This document shows positions 57,616 to 64,000 of a stretch of DNA of 64,000 bases, one piece after another. The stretch is taken from IMG/VR virus record IMGVR_UViG_3300035686_000079. One strand, written 5' to 3'. The position numbers and the translations under genes were made by a program. The DNA comes from an uncultured virus (IMG/VR IMGVR_UViG_3300035686_000079). Taxonomy: Duplodnaviria > Heunggongvirae > Uroviricota > Caudoviricetes. Numbering within the stretch: position 1 is the first letter of the stretch; the number at the start of each line of letters is the position of its first letter. The notes beneath the pieces were generated by a model, which searched no databases, was not told where the DNA came from, and was given only the letters and a program-made list of their open reading frames with translations.

Positions 57616-58552
57616 ATTTTTCTGAAACCAGATTGGTGGATTTCAGTCTTTCAAACTCAGTTTGCCAAGGAACTTGAGCGATCATCTGGCAGAGGAAGGA
57701 AAGATCGCCTTTATCTGTTGCTCCTTTATACAACTCATGTAGATATTCTGGGTATTCGTAAACGTGATGAAATTCGCTTAAAGCTGATGCATAAAGAAGT
57801 ATATTTGATAATATTGGTTTTGTTCTTGGGGTAGATAAAAAGTCTAAAATCTCGCAGCAAATAAGTTTCTGCATCCGCCGATCCAGTCGGGTCATTTCAA
57901 TGTGGTACTTCAAATCGTCTTCCTTTATCGAGCCAAATTCTTTTAGCAAAACGAATGCTTCTGTTTCGCTTATGGATTGCGTCAAAAGCTTTTGACTTAA
58001 TTCCTTTGTGTATATGGCATGAGCAAACATCCGGTCAAACTCAATACAAATTTCTTTTTTTAATCGTTCTTCTCGTAAAAGACTGATGCAGTTTTGAAGG
58101 GTATTCTCAAATATTTTAGACAGATATTTATCTGGATCGTCTACTTCCACTTCCTGTGGATCGATTAAATAAACCCAGCCTAATTGCTCGGCTTTCTGTC
58201 TTCCTTCTTTAAAAAGAGGGGTGGCTTTAATCACCTCGTAAAACCAGCGCTGAATTAATTTTAATCGTTGCCCGCGAGATTGATTTGCCTTGCGCTCTAA
58301 ATCTTCTGTGTTATAACTCTTGATTCGGTTTTCACAGGCTAAAACGATCGCAGGGTCTTTACCCGGAAAATGCGAGAAATGTGCGCCAATTTTAACGTCT
58401 TTGCCCTTTACCTGCCTAGTTCCCTCAGCTCTCAAGAATACGGGGTCTCTGCATTCAGGGCAAAGCAAGCCAAGAGACTTGTAACTTTCGTAGTCGCAAT
58501 CTTCGGCTTCAATTAGCTCACCCCCATACCGAATTGATGAAGCGTACCTCAT
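57614..58552 (-). CDS. protein with CoiA-like N-terminal Zn-binding domain
   Basis: LLCPECRDPVFLR..AHFSH..ACE. Confidence 0.6.
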   Translation of the reverse strand: MRYASSIRYGGELIEAEDCDYESYKSLGLLCPECRDPVFLRAEGTRQVKGKDVKIGAHFSHFPGKDPAIVLACENRIKSYNTEDLERKANQSRGQRLKLIQRWFYEVIKATPLFKEGRQKAEQLGWVYLIDPQEVEVDDPDKYLSKIFENTLQNCISLLREERLKKEICIEFDRMFAHAIYTKELSQKLLTQSISETEAFVLLKEFGSIKEDDLKYHIEMTRLDRRMQKLICCEILDFLSTPRTKPILSNILLYASALSEFHHVYEYPEYLHELYKGATDKGDLSFLCQMIAQVPWQTEFERLKSTNLVSEK

Positions 58553-58553
58553 G

Positions 58554-58760
58554 CTAGTTGTCCTCCGATCTATTGCAAAAAATAGCGATCGCTTCGTTCC
58601 AAGTGCCTCCTTTTTTGCATGTAAAACAATAGGATAGATAAAATTTAGGACTAAACGTTAATGCCTCTGTTTGGCACAGTGGGCAAGTAGACCGTAAGTC
58701 TTTGCCATCAGGACGTAGGGACGGGAAATGAGTTTTAAGCTGTTCTTCTGTAATTTTCAT
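58554..58760 (-). CDS. primase-type zinc-finger protein (stand-alone)
   Basis: STCPLC..YCFTCKKGG. Confidence 0.6.
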   Translation of the reverse strand: MKITEEQLKTHFPSLRPDGKDLRSTCPLCQTEALTFSPKFYLSYCFTCKKGGTWNEAIAIFCNRSEDN

Positions 58761-58789
58761 TGAAGCGATGGTTAGGTGAAAACGAAAAT

Positions 58790-58813
58790 AACACCGTTCG
58801 ATCAAACGGTGTT
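58790..58813. repeat. 24-bp palindrome family, copy 10 (overlaps the stop at 58812)
   Basis: AACACCGTTCGATCAAACGGTGTT (one G>A change). Confidence 0.95.
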
Positions 58814-59264
58814 ATTTGTGACCCTCAGTCCTGTTTTTACTAAACAGGTTTTTCTCTCGCTGCTTTTTGTTGTAGCGCGTTGCCAGTTCTATCGCTGGAG
58901 GACAGTTGAAGGCAAAGGCATTGTTGGGCGTATCTAGCATTTGCGTCATGGCGGTTTGAGGATGAAAGTAAGACACCTTGTAGATGCGCAATTCGGGGTC
59001 TACATCCCAAACCCAAAAATCGATAGGTTCACCACTTCGCCTAGTCCAACCATTTTTCCCAAAGTTTTCAAAAGGACGAGCGGATATACATCCTTCCTCA
59101 CGATCGGTGTTCTCCACGGCATAGAAGTCAAGCGTTCGGTTATCGCTTGCGTTCAATTCCCATTCCGTACAGACAACAACCAGTCCGTTGGACGGATCGA
59201 AATTCCTCCTCAGGGATGCAAGCTCCTTGGCTTTTTCGGTGCAAAACTCCAATAACTCGTTCAT
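58812..59264 (-). CDS. hypothetical protein
   Basis: ORF in a coupled operon. Confidence 0.65.
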   Translation of the reverse strand: MNELLEFCTEKAKELASLRRNFDPSNGLVVVCTEWELNASDNRTLDFYAVENTDREEGCISARPFENFGKNGWTRRSGEPIDFWVWDVDPELRIYKVSYFHPQTAMTQMLDTPNNAFAFNCPPAIELATRYNKKQREKNLFSKNRTEGHK

Positions 59265-59863
59265 GGGTTACCAGTGCAACTCAAGAATTCTGTCAGCTGC
59301 TGGCGATCGTAAAACAGGCGATAGGGAGCGTCAAACCCAGGCTCTCCAGGTAAGGTCAAGCTGTTCCGTTGGTGAATCTCTATTCCTAGTTCAGTGAAAG
59401 ATTGACTTACCGATGGCTCTACTTGAGTTAGCGCCCTTAAGAAATGCGGAGTGCAGACAATACCCACGGGAATTGGTTTAACTGGCTTAATCTTGTTAAT
59501 TGTCCTAGTCAGGTCTTCGAGAATTGCATCGGAATCAGTGAAAGAGAATTGATGTAACCCCCTAGACCAAGGAGGTGGGTCGTTGTCTATTGCGTACAAG
59601 CTCGGCACAAATGGTTGTAGTCCGAACGTGCCCTCATAGATTTTTTGGGTAGCTCTGTGCGCCAAAATCTCTGAATATGTACCCTCTTTCTCGACAGACC
59701 ATCCTTTCTGACTCTCCTGTTTGACCCAGTCTTCGTTGGTTGTTATTTGCCGCCTCCCTTCGTGGTTAACCAATAGCCACGTCCGTACTGAAAGGCGATC
59801 GTCCATGTCGTGAGGTGGCAAAGACTCACTTTCGTGCCAAGCAAAGTTGCTCCCTTCAATCAT
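59261..59863 (-). CDS. hypothetical protein
   Basis: ORF in a coupled operon. Confidence 0.65.
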   Translation of the reverse strand: MIEGSNFAWHESESLPPHDMDDRLSVRTWLLVNHEGRRQITTNEDWVKQESQKGWSVEKEGTYSEILAHRATQKIYEGTFGLQPFVPSLYAIDNDPPPWSRGLHQFSFTDSDAILEDLTRTINKIKPVKPIPVGIVCTPHFLRALTQVEPSVSQSFTELGIEIHQRNSLTLPGEPGFDAPYRLFYDRQQLTEFLSCTGNP

Positions 59864-60093
59864 CAGTTTCCCTCCTCAAAAATAAGTGGAACTGGAGTTC
59901 CTGTTTCTCTGTGCTGTTTTTCGAGATACAGCATTCCGGTTTCGATGTTCGTGCGTGCGACGGAAATATATCGACCCTTGGGAACCGACTGTCTGATCTG
60001 TTCGAGTTGATTATCCACCTCTGTTAACAGATCAGTCAGGGTAAACCCCGCGTCGTGCATGGTGTGTAGAAAGTCTCGGACCGTTCTAGACAT
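59863..60093 (-). CDS. small helical-hairpin protein, Tad1/Acb2-like candidate
   Basis: GFTLTDLLTEVDNQLEQ..GRYISVARTNIETGMLYLEK. Confidence 0.5.
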   Translation of the reverse strand: MSRTVRDFLHTMHDAGFTLTDLLTEVDNQLEQIRQSVPKGRYISVARTNIETGMLYLEKQHRETGTPVPLIFEEGN

Positions 60094-60102
60094 ATTTTTG
60101 AA

Positions 60103-60558
60103 TTAAGCGTTTTCCCCATGATGCACCATTTGTCTTGCCCAAAACCAGGGCCACTGAAGTTCCTTTAGCATTTGAAAGTGAATTTGCGCCTCTTGCGTAT
60201 CGCGCATATACTTAACCCACTTCTGCTGAAAGACCTCCAAGGACTTCCGATCGCCTTCCGTCAGGTAAGGGTAGTCCTCAATGTCCCAACTATCTGAGTC
60301 TCTCAACCATTCCCTGGCGGCCGATCGAATGTTTTCGCTCAGTGAGGTTTCATCTGCTGGAACCTTGGGCATTGGTGGCTGGGAAACAAAAAAATTAAAC
60401 CAATCTGGGATTTGCTTGGGCGCAAGGGCAGCAAAAAAATCCAACTTGGTTAATCGGTTGATGGGTTGATCTGCGCTTTTTGGTCGAGTGTGCAGACCTT
60501 CTAGTAGGCGATCGTATAGTTCGGCAATTTCGGAACTAGATGACTGATTTGAATTCAT
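60103..60558 (-). CDS. hypothetical phage protein
   Basis: LTKLDFFAALAP..IPDWF..QWPWFWARQM. Confidence 0.65.
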   Translation of the reverse strand: MNSNQSSSSEIAELYDRLLEGLHTRPKSADQPINRLTKLDFFAALAPKQIPDWFNFFVSQPPMPKVPADETSLSENIRSAAREWLRDSDSWDIEDYPYLTEGDRKSLEVFQQKWVKYMRDTQEAQIHFQMLKELQWPWFWARQMVHHGENA

Positions 60559-61139
60559 GCTGAGTGTATTTTCAAGGTTGCGCGATTGATGTTGTCCAGG
60601 ATTAATTCTGTTAGTGACAGGCTACCACTGAAGGTTAGCTCCTGCGACCAGTGAGTAATGTGCCGCAGGCTTTTATGTAAGTTGAATCTTACGTCGATCA
60701 GGGGTGTGCGCCCAGATGGGAGTTTAAACCCCAAAACGATAATGGAAAACTGTATCTGTTCGTGGGGATTGAGAGCGTTAAAAGTTCTTGAATCTAGTAT
60801 CAATCCTATTAGCTCCCTATCACATTCAGGAGGCTTATCGCCCAGCTCTTTTTGTGAAAGCTTAGCAAATTCTAATTTTCCGGCTGCGCTGAGATTATTT
60901 AGTCGTAGATCCAATACTTTAAATTTTTTAACAATTTGTCTTCGATGGCGTTGTACTAAAATCTGTGTCTTGGCGCAAGGTAGTCGCTGGAATTCCCTGC
61001 TCTTTGTCGCCTCCCATAGCGCTAGGACTAGTAAGGAGAGCTTTTCTTCTTTTGTGGCTTGTTTGTAGCTGTCGCAATGGGCGATCAGCTCTAAATACCC
61101 GCGATCGTCCGTTTCCGATTTCAGTTTAAGTTGTTGCAT
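60555..61139 (-). CDS. hypothetical protein
   Basis: 194-aa ORF. Confidence 0.65.
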   Translation of the reverse strand: MQQLKLKSETDDRGYLELIAHCDSYKQATKEEKLSLLVLALWEATKSREFQRLPCAKTQILVQRHRRQIVKKFKVLDLRLNNLSAAGKLEFAKLSQKELGDKPPECDRELIGLILDSRTFNALNPHEQIQFSIIVLGFKLPSGRTPLIDVRFNLHKSLRHITHWSQELTFSGSLSLTELILDNINRATLKIHSA

Positions 61140-61186
61140 AGTTGCAATATTTTACGCTCAACTTTATATGGTAGCCCCTTAAAACG

Positions 61187-61219
61187 AAAAAACCGACCGT
61201 ACAAAACTTGTACGATCGG
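61187..61219 (-). terminator. terminator
   Basis: CCGACCGTACAA-AAC-TTGTACGATCGG with a T-tract on the minus strand. Confidence 0.7.
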
Positions 61220-61226
61220 CTGAGCA

Positions 61227-61532
61227 TCAGTGGTGCATCATCATTGCGGCGAGGAATATCTCGCTCGCGATATCACCTATCAAGAGGCAGGTGAATGCGG
61301 AAGTTTTCGGGCGTAAGACCTTGATTGTGGCTGCTACCAGCAGCTGAATCAAGACACTTAATCCAATCTCCCCTAGAGGGAGCCAGTCAAAAACTAGATG
61401 TCCGGGTTTGTAGTAATGCGAGTGGAGGACGCCCTCTTTGAGAGCATTTCCGGTCACCGCAAGCTGCAAAACAGACAGAGAGGTTTCGGCGTGATGGGCA
61501 ATTGCCTCAGGCTGGGCATTAATCTTAATCAT
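61227..61532 (-). CDS. hypothetical protein
   Basis: ORF preceded by the TAGCAATGCAA leader motif. Confidence 0.5.
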   Translation of the reverse strand: MIKINAQPEAIAHHAETSLSVLQLAVTGNALKEGVLHSHYYKPGHLVFDWLPLGEIGLSVLIQLLVAATIKVLRPKTSAFTCLLIGDIASEIFLAAMMMHH

Positions 61533-61829
61533 TGTTGTATTTATGTAAGTTGCATTGCTATATATAAGTATAGCTTATATTAAGTAAATATGCTACTTTT
61601 AACGTGTTTTTAGGGTATTTTAGGGTAAATTTAGCTAAAAATAGGGTGTTTTTGAATAAATTTAATGTATTTTTATGTAAAACGGTATGTACGGAATCCG
61701 TAAAGCGCTCAAAAAAAAACAGAAAAATCGACCATTTCGTTGTAGTGACGAATAGTCGATTTATGCTTGTAGCGCGACACGCTCCGACCGAGTTTTACCT
61801 TAATGTCGGCAGAAGGCTCCCGTTATAAT

Positions 61830-63321
61830 CAACGCGGACAACGGAACCGCGAGTGTCCCCACCTTCAACGAAGTAAGGTGGGGCGGTAAGCGGAAAAAAG
61901 AGAAGACTCGATGTCTTCTCTTTTTTCATATCTGTTGGTATCATTTATATACAGTTGCGAGATAGTCAATGCCCACACGTCGAGCTACCTTCCGCCTCTA
62001 CCCCACCTCAGTGCAGGAACAAAAACTGCGCTGGGGAAGGAAGATGCATCAAGAGCTGTATAACTCGGCATTGTCCAACCGTAAAACTCAGTACCAAAAG
62101 TTTGGGAACAACGTTGATTACTACCACCAGCAAGGTAGCCTACCCGCTTTCAAGGAAGTTTGGGTAGAATACAAGTTACTCAATGCTGGTAGCTTGCAAG
62201 CCACACTAAAACGTGTAGATTTTGCATATCAACGCTTTTTTCAAGGCTTAGGTAAGTACCCCCGTTTCAAGTCAATCCGACATTATTCTGGATGGACGTA
62301 TCCCGACAGTCGCCAAGGCTTTAAAGTTCACACCACAGGTGTTAATGGCTATTTAGAGCTGACCGACCTAGGGATACAAATCCAGATGAGAGGAAAAGCT
62401 AGAAGTTGGGGTAGACCAACGACCTGCACCATCGTCTACCGCCAGAACAAATGGTACGCATCTATAACAGTAGATATCACCAGTATCAAGCGAGAGCTAG
62501 GGACAGGTGCTATTGGGATAGATATTGGTTGCAAGGCTGCACTAGCTATCACTGATGGTGAAAACCATCAATTGATAGATGCTCCTAAGTTTCTCCGCAA
62601 GGCTGAAACTCAAATTAAGCAAGCATCTAAGTCTAAGCGTAGAAAAAGGGCACCAAATCGTAAGTCCAAGACCAAGGCTTCTAGACGATGGAAGAAGGCA
62701 TCTGACCGAGTAGGCAAACTAACTCGCAAAGTAGCCAACTCCAGACAGAACTGGGTTCATCAGGTAGCAACAGAAATCACGCGCAGTAACAGCCTCGTTG
62801 CTACTGAAAAGCTAGAAGTCAAGAATATGACCCGTAAGGCAAAGAAAGGTAAGCGTAAGAAGCAGAAGGCAGGACTGAATAAGTCTATCCTGGATGTAGG
62901 TTTTGGGATGCTAAAGAGTGCAATTAAGTACAAGGTTGAAGAAGGTGGTGGGCAGTTCATTGAAGTACCCACCAGGAAAGTTAAACCTTCTCAAACTTGT
63001 CCTAAATGCGGACATCAGAAACCTAAAACATTGGATGAGCGCATTCATCAATGTGGTGAGTGTGGCTACCAACAGGATAGAGATATTGCCTCTGCTGAGG
63101 TCTGTCTTTACTGGGTCAAAGGTACTCTGCCGGGGCTGGGAACCAACCTCGTAGACGCCGATGGGTCTAGCTCTACTTCATCACCCAAGGGGCCCAAGTC
63201 CTGCGGAGGAATGAAGCAACTAGCCCAAGTGAAACGTCAAAAGTCTGTGCGCACTATAGTTGATAAAGGTGACGGGAATGCAGAAACCCGTCGCTCAACG
63301 AAGTAGCGACGGGTAGTTCAT
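61830..63321 (+). mobile_element. tnpB-only (IS1341-type) element nested in another element's right-end hairpin
   Basis: Left and right hairpins share loop CAACGAAGT (61857-61883; 63286-63314); right end ..GTAGTTCAT; boundaries +/-1-2 nt. Confidence 0.85.
61969..63306 (+). CDS. tnpB: TnpB RNA-guided nuclease
   Basis: FRLYPT, GIDIG, TEKLEVKNM, CPKCG..CGECG, DRDIASA. Confidence 0.95.
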   Translation: MPTRRATFRLYPTSVQEQKLRWGRKMHQELYNSALSNRKTQYQKFGNNVDYYHQQGSLPAFKEVWVEYKLLNAGSLQATLKRVDFAYQRFFQGLGKYPRFKSIRHYSGWTYPDSRQGFKVHTTGVNGYLELTDLGIQIQMRGKARSWGRPTTCTIVYRQNKWYASITVDITSIKRELGTGAIGIDIGCKAALAITDGENHQLIDAPKFLRKAETQIKQASKSKRRKRAPNRKSKTKASRRWKKASDRVGKLTRKVANSRQNWVHQVATEITRSNSLVATEKLEVKNMTRKAKKGKRKKQKAGLNKSILDVGFGMLKSAIKYKVEEGGGQFIEVPTRKVKPSQTCPKCGHQKPKTLDERIHQCGECGYQQDRDIASAEVCLYWVKGTLPGLGTNLVDADGSSSTSSPKGPKSCGGMKQLAQVKRQKSVRTIVDKGDGNAETRRSTK

Positions 63322-63371
63322 TTCGGTACTCCGAATTAGTGGCGGGAGGATGTCAATTTTGGCGAGTGAAG

Positions 63372-63614
63372 CTAGGCGTTCCAGAACACGATCCTTTCTT
63401 GGATAGTCCCCTTAGCAACCCAGATAAAACCAGCGTCAATCATGTGCTTAAATAATTTTTCAAACTCAACCTTGCTTAGTGAAGGCATCCTTGCGTGAAT
63501 CTCTTCTGGGGATATGCAGACCACGCCCTGAAGCTCTTGGCGCTTCCTTTCATTAAAGTATGCTTCTTTGAATGCAATCTCTTCTGGTAAGTTGACAGAT
63601 GGCAAGTTGAACAT
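63372..63614 (-). CDS. small wHTH-like hypothetical protein
   Basis: AGGAG RBS; LSKVEFEKLFKHMIDAGFIW. Confidence 0.55.
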   Translation of the reverse strand: MFNLPSVNLPEEIAFKEAYFNERKRQELQGVVCISPEEIHARMPSLSKVEFEKLFKHMIDAGFIWVAKGTIQERIVFWNA

Positions 63615-63656
63615 TTATTTGGCTCCTAGGTTGTCTGTCGGATGTATCTTCGTCAT

Positions 63657-64000
63657 TTAATACCCCAATAGTTTTTCCGCTTGTTTGGCTTCAATCCTTG
63701 CCAGCTCGTGCCTGTTTGCCCAAGCTGTATAATCGTCTGGGTCTGCAAATCCCCAATTAAAAGTGGTTTCAAGATCCAGATTCCGGAGCATTCTGTTAAT
63801 GCCCCTACCGATGATTTGTGCGATCGCTATAATCGGTGGCACGAGTTCGTTGTCGGCATCAATGAGCCGTTGTAAAACATCTCGGTCATCTCCCTCAAAG
63901 GGCTGGAAGATACTGCTGATGTTATCAGTCGTTATTAGTGATGCCTTGAGGGCGTTTGTAGCTAAAAGTTCTTCTGCCGTTACATCAAAATTTAGGTTCT
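63657..64000 (-). CDS. hypothetical protein, 3' part (open to window edge)
   Basis: No in-frame stop between 63842 and 64000 on manual translation. Confidence 0.6.
   Translation of the reverse strand, partial: NLNFDVTAEELLATNALKASLITTDNISSIFQPFEGDDRDVLQRLIDADNELVPPIIAIAQIIGRGINRMLRNLDLETTFNWGFADPDDYTAWANRHELARIEAKQAEKLLGY

Noticed and set aside
3437..58813. 24-bp palindromes as a CRISPR array
   Set aside because: Copies are 0.5-13 kb apart with genes between them; no regular spacers and no cas genes.
1..64000. tRNA or rRNA genes
   Set aside because: No cloverleaf or rRNA-like segment was recognised by eye; tRNAscan-SE would be needed to exclude them.

Overview
64-kb fragment of a large cyanobacterial phage-plasmid or plasmid prophage. 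The host is inferred from the very high density of HIP1 GCGATCGC/CGATCG sites. It encodes ParA/ParB and two beta-clamp (DnaN-fold) paralogs. Contractile-tail virion genes are scattered across the window: modular tail fibre, gp25-like wedge, baseplate J-like, CIS-tube-like, GH19/CHAP tail lysin and a virion morphogenesis protein. It also carries an endolysin, five orphan methyltransferases, DndB-like, PAPS-reductase-like and Dnd-associated genes, candidate anti-defence proteins (ArdA-like, Gp49-family, Tad1/Acb2-like) and four tnpB loci. The most notable feature is a tnpA-less tnpB cassette (53194-55606) sitting after codon 37 of the baseplate-J gene. It carries a synonymously recoded replacement of those 37 codons, with the recoding concentrated where the TnpB guide would pair, so it is a candidate RNA-guided homing (gene-drive) cassette that repairs the gene it invades. 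Other signals are ten intergenic copies of a 24-bp palindrome (AACACCGTTCGATCGAACGGTGTT), a likely -1 programmed frameshift at 15088, a tnpB element nested inside another element's right-end hairpin, and two promoter-to-terminator candidate sRNAs. All protein calls are from motif recognition by eye; no database searches were run.
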